Shown in pieces: positions 23,904 through 33,522 of a DNA stretch of 64,000 bases. Under the pieces are notes generated by a model that saw only the letters and a program-made list of their open reading frames with translations, ran no database searches and was not told the DNA's origin. Positions within the stretch are counted from its first letter, which is position 1, and each line of letters begins with the position of its first letter. The DNA comes from an uncultured bacterium (GTDB taxonomy: Bacteria; Acidobacteriota; Thermoanaerobaculia; Multivoradales; JAHZIX01), in NCBI GenBank assembly GCA_965368975.1, contig CBDUPA010000002.1, forward strand, positions 192,001 to 256,000, written 5' to 3'. Made by a program: the position numbers and the translations under genes.

Positions 23904-24647
23904 TCAGCCCCCGTAGGCCCGTTGCAGGTGAAACTGCGCCTGCCGCCGCCACCAATGCCAGTCGTGCGACACGTCCTGGCCCCAGATGTCCGTATGGTTG
24001 GAAATCCCCTTGTGGTCGAGCATGGCACCGAGCGCCCGTGTCTCCTCGATGCAGCCTTCCTCCCACTGCCCCTGCCCACACACCAGGACCAGATGGGTCT
24101 GTCGCTGCACACGGTCGAGGTGTTCGCCCTCGAGTTTGGCGACATAGGCCAGCGGGTTATTGAAGTAGACGTCCGTGTTGTCGAAGCCGTCCGTGAATCC
24201 ACGCATCTCATAACGACCGCTGAGACTCAGCGACCAGTGGAAGATCTCCGGAAACTTGAGCACGAAATTGGCGGCGTAGAAGCCGCCCAGGCTGGCCCCC
24301 GTGACGCCGATCCGGATGTGGGGTGACAGACAATCGTGGCGGATCCATGGCACCAGTTCCTCGACCACGTAGCGCTCGAACACCATGTGCCGCTGAATGC
24401 GCCACGCCGGATGGTTCTCACGCCGCGTCCAGGCTTCGGCGACGTTGCTCTCGATGCAATAGAGCTTCAGCTGGCCGCTGTCGATCAGCGGTGCCAGCGC
24501 CTCCACCATGCCCTGCACCTCCCACTCGTGCGCCATGCCGGCGGCAGTCGGGAACACCAGGAGCGGCATGCCCCAATGACCGTAGCACCACAGGTGCATG
24601 CGGCGCTCCATGTGACGACTAGAAAGCATCTCGTGACGACGTTGCAT
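23904..24647 (-). CDS. Alpha/beta hydrolase, esterase family (COG4947-like)
   Basis: YGHWGMPLLVFPT, GASLG nucleophile, SLSGRY, YFNNP, DVSHDWHWW. Confidence 0.88.
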   Translation of the reverse strand: MQRRHEMLSSRHMERRMHLWCYGHWGMPLLVFPTAAGMAHEWEVQGMVEALAPLIDSGQLKLYCIESNVAEAWTRRENHPAWRIQRHMVFERYVVEELVPWIRHDCLSPHIRIGVTGASLGGFYAANFVLKFPEIFHWSLSLSGRYEMRGFTDGFDNTDVYFNNPLAYVAKLEGEHLDRVQRQTHLVLVCGQGQWEEGCIEETRALGAMLDHKGISNHTDIWGQDVSHDWHWWRRQAQFHLQRAYGG

Positions 24648-24720
24648 ATGGGAAGACCCTTGTCGGCTCAGGCGGTCGCTACCAGCCCGGCTCGGTGATC
24701 AGAAGTGGAAGTACAGAGTT

Positions 24721-25893
24721 TCAAGCGGCAGAGTCGGTGCCCGATCCCGGCGGAGGCGTCATCCAGGTCGGTGACTTGCCGCTACCGGAAGCCGCGCGCG
24801 GCCGGACTCGCTTAGGCTTGTTGTCCAGGCCGAGGATGTCGACCACCTGGGGCTCGTCGAGCAGCAGGGTGCCATCGGTACCTGGAGCTTGCGAAGGATC
24901 GAACTCGTAGTCGCGGATCACGCGTCGGAAGACTTCTTTGAGCGCACGTGCTCCGAGTCGGGGTTGCCGCGCCGCCTCGGCAGCCACGCGACGTACCGCG
25001 GCGGGCGACAGCGCCAGGTGCAAGCCCTGGCTGGCGAAGTAGTCGCGAGCGGCGTGCAGGCTCGAGTCCGGTGCCTCCAAGAAGATACGCACCAGCTGCT
25101 CGGTCTTCAGATCTTCGAGCAACACGATCGAGTCGAAGCGCGACAGAAACTGCGGGCTCATGCCGTAGTCGAACAGGTCCTCGACCTGCAGCCAGTCGCG
25201 CAGCTGGAACTGCGTCTCCTCCCGCACGTCACCACCCTCGACCACCGTCACCGCCTGTAGCGATCCGCGATCCTTGCCGACGGTGATGCGATCGTACACC
25301 GCGTCGTAGAGCCCTTCGAAGGCACCACCGGCAACAAACAACAGCCCGCCCGAATCCAGGCGCAGATGCCCACCACCAGCCCATTCCGGTAGATCGAACG
25401 GCATCGCCTCGTTCTCGATCAGGGTCAGCAGTGCTTCCTGTGCGCGGATGCCCGCGGTGTGCAGGTCGTCGCCGACGTGCGAGCGGATCTTGTCGACCTC
25501 GTCGACGAACACCAGCCCGTGGCGCACGCGTTGCAGCAACTCCGGCAACGGCGCCTCGCGCCCCAGATCCTCGCGTGCCCGCTCCAGCAGCCGTCGCAGC
25601 ACGACTTGGCCCGAGCGCCCTTGCTCGGCTTCTTCCGCCAATACCTTGGCGTGGATGCGCACCACCGTCGAGTGCGCGGCCCGCGCCGCGTCCGCCGCCA
25701 AGTAGTTCTCGACCGCGCGCATCAGCGTCGTCTTGCCGGAGCCGGACGAACCGATCAGCAGAATGTTGCCTGAGCGCACCCCGGCCAGATGCTTCGCCAG
25801 CGCCACCGACATCTCGCGTACCGCTTCTTGCTGGCCGATGACGCGGCTGCCGAGTTCTTCGGCGATCTGGATGGGGGTCGGAGGGGCGGACAT
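24721..25893 (-). CDS. Atypical ClpX-like AAA+ ATPase
   Basis: VIGQQEA, NILLIGSSGSGKT, VFVDEVDKI, QEALLTLIE, LFVAGGAFEGL, LGARALK; no N-terminal Zn domain. Confidence 0.8.
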   Translation of the reverse strand: MSAPPTPIQIAEELGSRVIGQQEAVREMSVALAKHLAGVRSGNILLIGSSGSGKTTLMRAVENYLAADAARAAHSTVVRIHAKVLAEEAEQGRSGQVVLRRLLERAREDLGREAPLPELLQRVRHGLVFVDEVDKIRSHVGDDLHTAGIRAQEALLTLIENEAMPFDLPEWAGGGHLRLDSGGLLFVAGGAFEGLYDAVYDRITVGKDRGSLQAVTVVEGGDVREETQFQLRDWLQVEDLFDYGMSPQFLSRFDSIVLLEDLKTEQLVRIFLEAPDSSLHAARDYFASQGLHLALSPAAVRRVAAEAARQPRLGARALKEVFRRVIRDYEFDPSQAPGTDGTLLLDEPQVVDILGLDNKPKRVRPRAASGSGKSPTWMTPPPGSGTDSAA

Positions 25894-25921
25894 GGGTGCG
25901 AGTGTATCAGCGGCGACCCAC

Positions 25922-27199
25922 TCAGCGGAGCACACCCCGCAGCTTGCGCCGCAGACGAAACGCGAGACTGTCCGGCGGTGTAGCAGTGGCGAGGTGGGCG
26001 GCGAAGTCGTGCTTGGTCGTGTCGCGCCAGGGACGGCGGCAGAAGTCGGCGAGGGGTTCGAGGACGCGGTCCCAGGCGAAGTATTGAGCCAACTCGCGCG
26101 CGCCCTGACGCCGGGCATCGACTTCTTCCGGCTCGGTCAAAATCTGCCGCAGTGCTGACGCCAGCGCCTCCGGATCTTCAGGAGGCACGACCCAGCCGGC
26201 GTGGTGTTCGAGCAGCAAGCTGCTCATCGCACCGCCTTCGCTGGTGACGGCGGGGCAGCCGCAGGCGAGGGCGTCGAGGAATCTCGTGCGCAGGGACAGA
26301 CGGGTCTCGAGGCTAGGCCTGTGCGGAGCCACCATCAGGTCGACGTCGCGCAGCAGGTCGTAGCGACGGGCAGCGGGGAGCCAGTCTTGGGCCAACACCT
26401 TTTCACCCCACCAGCCACGCTTGCGGCACCGGGCCTCGACCTCGGCAAACAGACGCTGCGGCGTCGAACCGGCGTTCGGGTTGCGGATGAAGAGCAGGCG
26501 CCAGCCGCTTGCATCTCCCTCGCCCTTCTCCAGACGTTCGAGCGCCTCAAGCAGGGTGAAGGGATCGTACCAATCGTAGAGCCCCCCGAAGAGCAAGCGC
26601 TTCTCGCCGGCTTCGCGTGGGGGCAGAACGGGCTCGTGAGCGGGCAGGTCGTCGAATCCTGGGACACCGAAGGGGACCGGCGCGATCAGGCGTTGTAGGT
26701 CGGGATCGCGGCGCAGGATCTCGGGGTTGACGCGGCCGACGGCGGTGAGGAAGCCCAGGTAGTAGTTGCGCTGTTCTTCCGACGAGCAGAGGAAGAAATC
26801 TCCGCGCGACATTTGCAGCACCCAGGTGGCGTGATCGTTGCGGTAGGGGCCGAGACCGAGCGTCTCGACATAGTGCATGTTCTCAACCAGCCACGGATCA
26901 TAGAGGTCGATGGCACAGGGTAGCTCCGGCACCTCGACCAGGATGTCGTTGGCTAGCTGCCCCTGAGCGACGGCGCCGTCACAATCCGCTAGCAGGCGGG
27001 CCAGGCCACCGCGCTCAAAGGAGCGTACCTCGACGCCCTCGGGTACCTCCGGTACGTCCGCCGGCTCTCCAGCCGTCACCAGGACGATCTCGGCACTACT
27101 CTGCGCCGGCAACCGGCGCGCCAGCTCCAGGTAACGGATACCGATGCCGGCCATCTGCGCGCGCAGCGGTTCGCTGCACACCAGGGCCACTCGACTCAA
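25922..27199 (-). CDS. GT4-family glycosyltransferase
   Basis: MAGIGIRYLELAR, DLYDP, GGLYDWYDP, ETRLSLRTRFLDALACGCP, FAWDRV. Confidence 0.85.
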   Translation of the reverse strand: MSRVALVCSEPLRAQMAGIGIRYLELARRLPAQSSAEIVLVTAGEPADVPEVPEGVEVRSFERGGLARLLADCDGAVAQGQLANDILVEVPELPCAIDLYDPWLVENMHYVETLGLGPYRNDHATWVLQMSRGDFFLCSSEEQRNYYLGFLTAVGRVNPEILRRDPDLQRLIAPVPFGVPGFDDLPAHEPVLPPREAGEKRLLFGGLYDWYDPFTLLEALERLEKGEGDASGWRLLFIRNPNAGSTPQRLFAEVEARCRKRGWWGEKVLAQDWLPAARRYDLLRDVDLMVAPHRPSLETRLSLRTRFLDALACGCPAVTSEGGAMSSLLLEHHAGWVVPPEDPEALASALRQILTEPEEVDARRQGARELAQYFAWDRVLEPLADFCRRPWRDTTKHDFAAHLATATPPDSLAFRLRRKLRGVLR

Positions 27200-29364
27200 G
27201 TCGACTCCCCCTTCCGCCGCTGCAGCCAGCTGTGCAGGCGCCAGGCGCGCGTGCCTTCCATGCCCCGAATCAGCGCATTGAGACGCTCGATCTCGGCATA
27301 GGTGCGCGCGAGGTGTTCGCCCTGCTTGGTCACGCCCTGCTGTAGGCGCTCGATCTCAGCGTAGGTACGACCCAGGTGTTCGCCTTGCTCCTGGACCGCC
27401 GTCCGCAGCCGTTCACCCTCGGCGTAGGTGCCGCGCAGTTCTTCAGACAACCGCTCGATCTCGCCAAGGGTACCGCGCAGCTCTTCGGCCAGGCGCCCTT
27501 CTTCGACCTGCAGACGCTCGATCTCGGCCGCGTGCCCGTCGAACGCCTGGCGCAGCTGCTTGTGCTCGCCTTGTAGCGCTTCGTGCTCGCCGTTGAGGCG
27601 CACGTGGCGTTCCTCGAGCTGAAAGTACTCTCGATCGCGGTGATCGAGCGCACCGCGCAATTCGGCGATATCGGTGCGAGCCTCTCGCAGTTCGCGTCCG
27701 CGGGTGCGCGCTTCTTCGCCGCGCTGAACAGCCTCGTTGCGCAATACGTCGACGGCGCGCGCCAGCTGATCGGCCATTTGCTCCGGCGAGCGGCGGGCGG
27801 CGTGCTTGGCCAGCACCCTGGCCTTGACGTCGAGGAAGTCGGCCCGCTCGCGCGGGCTCTCGCCGAAGATGTGGTGACCGCCGCCAGAGAAGTGGCGGTA
27901 CTCGCACGTGACGCGCGCCAGATGCTGGAAGGTCGTGTGCTCGGCCAGGCGCAAGAGCAGCTCCCAATCCTCGAAGAAGGGCAGCTCGGGATCAAAGATC
28001 GGGTCGAGTGCCTGCAGCAGTGCGCGCTCGATGACCAGGGTATTGAAGGGGATGTAGTTGTCCAGCTGCAGCAGGTCGGCGTCGAAGTCGCGACTGTAGG
28101 GCAGGCGTCGCTCGGTGCAGCGCCACGCCACATCGCCATCGCTAGCATCTGGCAACCTGCCGTCCTCTTGCAGCTTGTAGATCGCGACGGCGGCATCGGT
28201 GTAGGCGACACGCACGCCCGCGGCCTGTACCAGCTGGGCCAGGGTCGCCAGGTGCTCGGGGGCGGCCAGGTCGTCATCGTCCAGGAAGGTAACGTAGTCC
28301 CCGGTCGCGGCCTCGACGCCCGCCGCCGCGGCGCCGGCACGCCCGCGATTGGGATCGAGATCGAGACGGCGCAGCGGCAACGGGTAGTCGTCGGGCAGCT
28401 CGGGCGGTGTGCCGCCGTCGTTGACCACCAGCACTTCGGCGTTGCGATAGGTGCTGCGCGCCAGGCTGTCGAGCGCCTCGGCGAGCAGCGCCGGGCGGTT
28501 GTGCGTGCGCACGATGACGGTGATCGAGGGTCCCTCGTGCACCTCGTGCAAGCGTGGAACGCCACCCAGGTGCTCGATCAGCTGCGCCGGGCTGCGGGTG
28601 ACGAAGTCGTCCAGCGTCAGGCGGGCGTAGCCTTCGGCACCCTCGACCTCTGGCCCCAGCGACAGCGCCCGGTAGCGCTGCAGACCAAGGCAGGCGCCGA
28701 GGTAGTCGTGCCGTGCCTGCTGGCTAGCATACAGCTCCATCGCCTGACGCAGCTTGTCCTGCTGGCCACTGACCTCGACCAGCAGATTGGGGTGGAGCGG
28801 ATGGTTGACGTCGTAGGCCAAGATCTCGAGCTTGGCAGCGACTTCGTGCAGCGCGGCCTCCTGTGCCGCCGCCTCTTCCGCCTCGTCGTGTGTGCTCCTC
28901 GACGCGCCAGAACGCGGTCGTAGACCGGCCAGAACCTGGTGCACGGCCGCGAAGGCCGCCTGGTGATCGCCGGTGATTTCGAGCGGCGACGTCACCAGTA
29001 GCAGCTCGGGACGATGTCGTAGCAACGCTTCTCGGATCGCCTGCTGGAGCGCCGGAAGCTGATAGCGCAGCGCTCCATCCGTCAGGTCGAGGTGCTCGAC
29101 GCTGGCGAGCCCCAGCAATTCCGCGACCTGCTCGGCCTCGGTTCGGCGCGTCCGCTGGTAGGTATCGATCTCAGCCAGCGCATCGTCCACGGTCTCGACG
29201 CCACCGCTGCTGTCACTCAGGAAGAGTACGTGCACTTCAGAACCAGCCTCGAGCAGCTTGCACAGCAGTCCGCCACAGCCCAGCACTTCGTCGTCGTAGT
29301 GCGGCGCTAGCACCAGCACGCGCTGGGCTCGAACATCGGTCGTGTGGCCCGGAAGTTCCAGCAT
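27196..29364 (-). CDS. PIG-L deacetylase + GT2 glycosyltransferase + long coiled coil
   Basis: LAPHYDDEVLGCGG, GDHQA; VIVRTHNR, FLDDDD, FEDWELL; repeats TYAEIERL; MEGTRAWRL tail. Confidence 0.87.
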   Translation of the reverse strand: MLELPGHTTDVRAQRVLVLAPHYDDEVLGCGGLLCKLLEAGSEVHVLFLSDSSGGVETVDDALAEIDTYQRTRRTEAEQVAELLGLASVEHLDLTDGALRYQLPALQQAIREALLRHRPELLLVTSPLEITGDHQAAFAAVHQVLAGLRPRSGASRSTHDEAEEAAAQEAALHEVAAKLEILAYDVNHPLHPNLLVEVSGQQDKLRQAMELYASQQARHDYLGACLGLQRYRALSLGPEVEGAEGYARLTLDDFVTRSPAQLIEHLGGVPRLHEVHEGPSITVIVRTHNRPALLAEALDSLARSTYRNAEVLVVNDGGTPPELPDDYPLPLRRLDLDPNRGRAGAAAAGVEAATGDYVTFLDDDDLAAPEHLATLAQLVQAAGVRVAYTDAAVAIYKLQEDGRLPDASDGDVAWRCTERRLPYSRDFDADLLQLDNYIPFNTLVIERALLQALDPIFDPELPFFEDWELLLRLAEHTTFQHLARVTCEYRHFSGGGHHIFGESPRERADFLDVKARVLAKHAARRSPEQMADQLARAVDVLRNEAVQRGEEARTRGRELREARTDIAELRGALDHRDREYFQLEERHVRLNGEHEALQGEHKQLRQAFDGHAAEIERLQVEEGRLAEELRGTLGEIERLSEELRGTYAEGERLRTAVQEQGEHLGRTYAEIERLQQGVTKQGEHLARTYAEIERLNALIRGMEGTRAWRLHSWLQRRKGEST

Positions 29365-29386
29365 TACCCCTTCATCCCTCTTGCTT

Positions 29387-31819
29387 TCACTGCACATACC
29401 CTAGCGCAATCAGTCGACGGCGGGTCTCGGGGTTCTCTTCCGCCTGCAGGGCGACGGGCTCCTGCGACAGCCAGACGTAGAGTGTGGGTTGCCGCACCAC
29501 CCCAGGATCCGCGGCGGGCAAGGGCCAGGCCGGGGCGCGGAGCTGGGCGCGCGGCACCGACCCGCCGTCGTAGGGCACACCACCGGCTATCTTGACCTCG
29601 ACGTCCCGCGTCTGCCCATCGGTGGTGGTCAAGGTAACGTCGAGCGCTTCCAGACGGCGAAAGTCACCCTGCACCAGCAGACCGTGTCCCGGCACGGCAG
29701 CACCGGACGGCAGGCTGGCCCGCAAGGCGAAGTCGAGCGCATCACCGTCGCGGCGTACGAGTTCGTCCGGCCCCAGGAAGTAGGCGTTCCAGCTCTCGGC
29801 TGGCCGGTCCAGGCGTAGACGTCCGCGCAGAGTCGAACCCAGGGGCAGGCCGGCCGCCACCAGACGTAGCCCGCCGACCTGACGTTCGAGCTGATGGTGG
29901 ACGACGCGGGCGAGCTGGTCGAGGCGCTCTTCGAGCACCGCCTCCGCGCCAGCCTCGGCGGTCAGCAAGTTCAGCTGCTCGGCCGGGTCGGACTGTAGGT
30001 CGTAGAGTTCGACATCCGCGAAGCGTCGCAGATCCTTCTGCCACAGTAGACCCTGCAACGGATCCGGCGGTTCGAAAGGCGTGCGGCGGTTGAACAGGAA
30101 GAGCTTATGTGCGTCGAGCACCGACATGGCGCGCAGCGGACCGGCACTCATGTGCTGCGCGAAGGCCGGGCGACGCGGCAGCGGGCGCTCACCGCGCAGC
30201 GCTGGCAGCAGGTTCTCGCCCTGCCACTGCGGCTCCGTCTCGGCACCTGCCGCCGCCGCCAGCGTCGGCAGCAGGTCGATCAACTGCACCGGACCTCCTT
30301 CCAGCGTCACCCCGGCAGGCAGTCGACCATCCCAGCGCAGCAGCAGCGGCACGCGGATCTGCTCGTCGTAGAGCGATTGCCCATGCTTCCATCCGCCGTG
30401 ATCGTACAGCTCTTCACCATGGTCGGCGGTCAGGACGATCAGAGTGTTGGCCAGCACTTCCGGCTCCAGCGCGCTCAGCAACTCGCCGATGTGCCGGTCG
30501 ACGTAGTGCACCTCGCTGTCGTAGAGCGCGGACAGGTGCGCGACATCCGCCTGCGGATTCTGCAGCTCGTGGGCTCCGGCGTAGATGCCGTGCACCATCT
30601 CGCCCGTGAAGGGACCCTCGTAGTCCGGATAGAAGGGCGATTTGCCATCGACGATGTCCGGATTCTTGTAAGGATCGTGCGGATCGAGGTACTGCATCCA
30701 GAGAAAGAACGGCTCGTGCTGGTGCGCGCGCAGCCAGGGCAGGGCGCGCTGGTTCAGATCTTCAGCACCGCGGTGGAACCAGGCGAAGTCCATCGGCGGG
30801 AAGGCGTAGGAGTCGAGCCCGCGCGCGAAGCCGTTGCCGGTGAAGATCGCCGGATTGGCGTTGAAACCAGCAGTGGTATAGCCGAGATCCGCAAAAACCT
30901 GGGCCATCGGCCGGGCGTCGCGCGGGATGCCGAAGCTGGCCATCGCTCCACGCAGAATCTCCCCCGGGTAGCGCGAGGTGAAGAAGGACGACACCGATGG
31001 CAGGGTCCAGGGCGCCTGCGCGTACGCTTGCTCGACCCGCACGCCACCGGCTGCCAGCCAGCGGTCGATCTCAGGGGTCGTTGCTCGCTCGTAGCCGTAG
31101 CAGCTGAGCCGGTCGAAGCGTAGGGTGTCAACGACGATCAGCAGCACATTCGGGCGCGCGCGCTCGGCGACCTGATCGAGATCGGCCTGTCCGCGTAGCC
31201 TCACCGACCCCCAGGCGATCTCGAGAGGGTCACTGGCTCGCGCGGGTGTGCGACTCTTCGATCGAGGGCCCTCGGATTGCGGTACCGCGGCCAGTTCCAG
31301 GGTCACATCGTCGCCACCGTAAGCGCTGAGGTCGACTTCCAGGTCCAGCCAGCCGGGTGCGTCCCCGTTGCCGCGACGCTCGCCGTGCGCCACGGCGGCA
31401 ATGTCGGTACGCGAGCCCCGCTGCACACCGACGGTCACCGTCAACAGCGGTGTTTCTTGAACTTCTTCGCCTGCTGCCGGCTCTCCGTCCGCGGCGGCAC
31501 TCTTTGGCACCACCGCGGCACCGACAAAGAGGGTCGCCCGCGCCGGCAATCGTCCGCGCCAGCGCCAGGTTCCCGGCGGCAGCACCACCGCCGGCCGGTG
31601 TACGTGGTCCGCGGTCACCGGCTGTAGGCGCGGTGCGGCGTGGAAGCTGAAGCCCGCCGCGGGATCGACGTTGACCACGAAGCGCCCATCCATCACCGCT
31701 TCGGTCAGCTGCAGCGACTCCGGCTCAGCGCCGCCACAGCCAGCCAGGGAGATGGCCAGTGCCGTCACCAGCAGAGCGACCAGACGGCCGGCAACTGTCG
31801 CCAGGCCCGGGCGGCTCAC
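29387..31819 (-). CDS. Alkaline phosphatase/sulfatase-superfamily lipoprotein (Thr-type)
   Basis: LAGC lipobox; PNVLLIVVDTLRFD, APWTLPS, YLDPHDPY, LYDSEV, TADHGE, HGQSLY, DLLPT. Confidence 0.85.
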   Translation of the reverse strand: MSRPGLATVAGRLVALLVTALAISLAGCGGAEPESLQLTEAVMDGRFVVNVDPAAGFSFHAAPRLQPVTADHVHRPAVVLPPGTWRWRGRLPARATLFVGAAVVPKSAAADGEPAAGEEVQETPLLTVTVGVQRGSRTDIAAVAHGERRGNGDAPGWLDLEVDLSAYGGDDVTLELAAVPQSEGPRSKSRTPARASDPLEIAWGSVRLRGQADLDQVAERARPNVLLIVVDTLRFDRLSCYGYERATTPEIDRWLAAGGVRVEQAYAQAPWTLPSVSSFFTSRYPGEILRGAMASFGIPRDARPMAQVFADLGYTTAGFNANPAIFTGNGFARGLDSYAFPPMDFAWFHRGAEDLNQRALPWLRAHQHEPFFLWMQYLDPHDPYKNPDIVDGKSPFYPDYEGPFTGEMVHGIYAGAHELQNPQADVAHLSALYDSEVHYVDRHIGELLSALEPEVLANTLIVLTADHGEELYDHGGWKHGQSLYDEQIRVPLLLRWDGRLPAGVTLEGGPVQLIDLLPTLAAAAGAETEPQWQGENLLPALRGERPLPRRPAFAQHMSAGPLRAMSVLDAHKLFLFNRRTPFEPPDPLQGLLWQKDLRRFADVELYDLQSDPAEQLNLLTAEAGAEAVLEERLDQLARVVHHQLERQVGGLRLVAAGLPLGSTLRGRLRLDRPAESWNAYFLGPDELVRRDGDALDFALRASLPSGAAVPGHGLLVQGDFRRLEALDVTLTTTDGQTRDVEVKIAGGVPYDGGSVPRAQLRAPAWPLPAADPGVVRQPTLYVWLSQEPVALQAEENPETRRRLIALGYVQ

Positions 31820-32631
31820 TCGCTCTCACCCTGCTTTGGCCCATCTTCGGCACACGGCGGCAGTTGCGGCCGTCGCCGATGGTGCCAGCGTAGTCGCAGC
31901 ACGTCGCGCAGCATGACCGCCGAATCGAAGATCGGGTGCACCGTCGACTCCGGCGAATTCTCCCACACCACACCCACCTCGACCACGCGCCGGCCATAGC
32001 GGCGGGCCAGCCAGATCAGCTCGACGTCGAAGGCGAAACGGTCGACGATCATCATGGCGAACACCTGGCGCGCCAAGTCACCGTCGATTAGCTTGAAGCC
32101 ACACTGCGTGTCGTGCAAGCCGGTGATGCCGACCAGGCGCAGGATGAAGTTGAAGGTCTTGCCCATGAATTCACGGTAGAACGGCTGCCGCTCGGTGATC
32201 TGGGATTCCGCCACCGCCCGGCTGCCGAGCACCAGCGGTGCCCGCGGTAGCTCTGCCTCCAACTTTTCGACTTCCTCGATCGGTGTCGACATGTCGGCGT
32301 CGCACAGGAGTACACGCTGACCGCGACTCGCCAGCACGCCGGCCCGCAGCGCCGCGCCCTTGCCTCGATTGGCTGGCTGCACCAGTACACGCACGCCACG
32401 GTCCTCGGAGCCGAGAGCCTCGAAACCACGTGCGACCTCGACGGTGGCGTCGCGGCTGCCGTCGTCTACCACCAGCACCTCGGCGGAGAGATTCCGTGCC
32501 TGCAGATAGCCACACACACGCTGCAGCGTGCTGGGCAAACGCTTGGCTTCGTTGTAGGCCGGAATGACGATGGAGAGTTCTGGCGCGGACGGCTGCATGG
32601 CGCCGGGATCATAGCAGTTGCGCGCGTTCAT
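31816..32631 (-). CDS. GT2 polyprenol-phosphate glycosyltransferase (dolichyl-P glucosyltransferase-like); alternative start 32598
   Basis: SIVIPAYNE, VDDGSRD, NRGKGAA, DAD, DTQCGFK, FAFDVE. Confidence 0.9.
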   Translation of the reverse strand: MNARNCYDPGAMQPSAPELSIVIPAYNEAKRLPSTLQRVCGYLQARNLSAEVLVVDDGSRDATVEVARGFEALGSEDRGVRVLVQPANRGKGAALRAGVLASRGQRVLLCDADMSTPIEEVEKLEAELPRAPLVLGSRAVAESQITERQPFYREFMGKTFNFILRLVGITGLHDTQCGFKLIDGDLARQVFAMMIVDRFAFDVELIWLARRYGRRVVEVGVVWENSPESTVHPIFDSAVMLRDVLRLRWHHRRRPQLPPCAEDGPKQGESE

Positions 32632-33395
32632 TCTGGCGTCCGTGCCACTGCCGCCGCCTCGACCCAGCGCGCGCCCGCCCGCTTCAGCTCCAGCGCCGCC
32701 GCGTGCAGCGTCGCCCCGGTGGTGACCACATCGTCGATCAGTAGGACCCGAAGACCTGCCACCCGTGCCGGTCGATGGCAGCGGAAGCGCCCTTGCAAGC
32801 TGCGCAAACGCTCCTTGCGACTCTGGCGACTCTGCGGCAGAGCTCCACCGCGGCGGCGCAGGCAGTCGACCAGCGGAAGGTCCAGGCGCCGTGCGACCGG
32901 TCGCGCGATCAGCTGCGCCTGGTTGTAGCCGCGCCGCAACTGCCGCCGCCAGTGCAGCGGTACCGCGACCACCGCGTCGAAGGACTCGTCGCGTTCCACC
33001 CGACTACCGACTCCTTGCACCAAGCCCACCAGGCCCTGTGCCAGATCCTCCGCCAAGTACTCCAGTCGGCGGAACTTGAGCGCCAGGATCACCGCGTCGA
33101 GCGGTGGCTGGTACCGCCACACCGCGTGCAGCCGCCGGTAGGCCAACCGCCGATGCCGGCACGTCTCACAGCGGTACGGCGCCTGCGCCATCAAGGCGGC
33201 GGCAACTGGATCCAGGAGCACCGGCGCCGCACATCCACAGCCCGTGCACGCGGATGCCGGATGCTGGACCAGGCGCCCCCTGCAGCACCGGCACAATCCG
33301 AGTGCCCCTGATCGGTCGGCAGCGCCGGTCTCGGCGGCCGAGCGGCCACAGCCCAGGCACGGGGATGGCAGCAGGAAATCCAGCAAGCGCCGCAC
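32628..33395 (-). CDS. comF: ComF family protein (Zn ribbon + phosphoribosyltransferase fold)
   Basis: CxxC pairs, VPLH..RRGYNQA, LLIDDVVTTGATL. Confidence 0.88.
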   Translation of the reverse strand: MRRLLDFLLPSPCLGCGRSAAETGAADRSGALGLCRCCRGRLVQHPASACTGCGCAAPVLLDPVAAALMAQAPYRCETCRHRRLAYRRLHAVWRYQPPLDAVILALKFRRLEYLAEDLAQGLVGLVQGVGSRVERDESFDAVVAVPLHWRRQLRRGYNQAQLIARPVARRLDLPLVDCLRRRGGALPQSRQSRKERLRSLQGRFRCHRPARVAGLRVLLIDDVVTTGATLHAAALELKRAGARWVEAAAVARTPE

Positions 33396-33522
33396 GTCAG
33401 GCCACCCACGCTTGTGACAAGGAAGCTCGTGATCCGTAGGATCCAGCGTCAACAGTCTGTCCGCGGGGCCCTGAGATATACTCCCGTTCCCCTGGAGAGT
33501 CCGCACCTAGAAGGAGAGCAAC

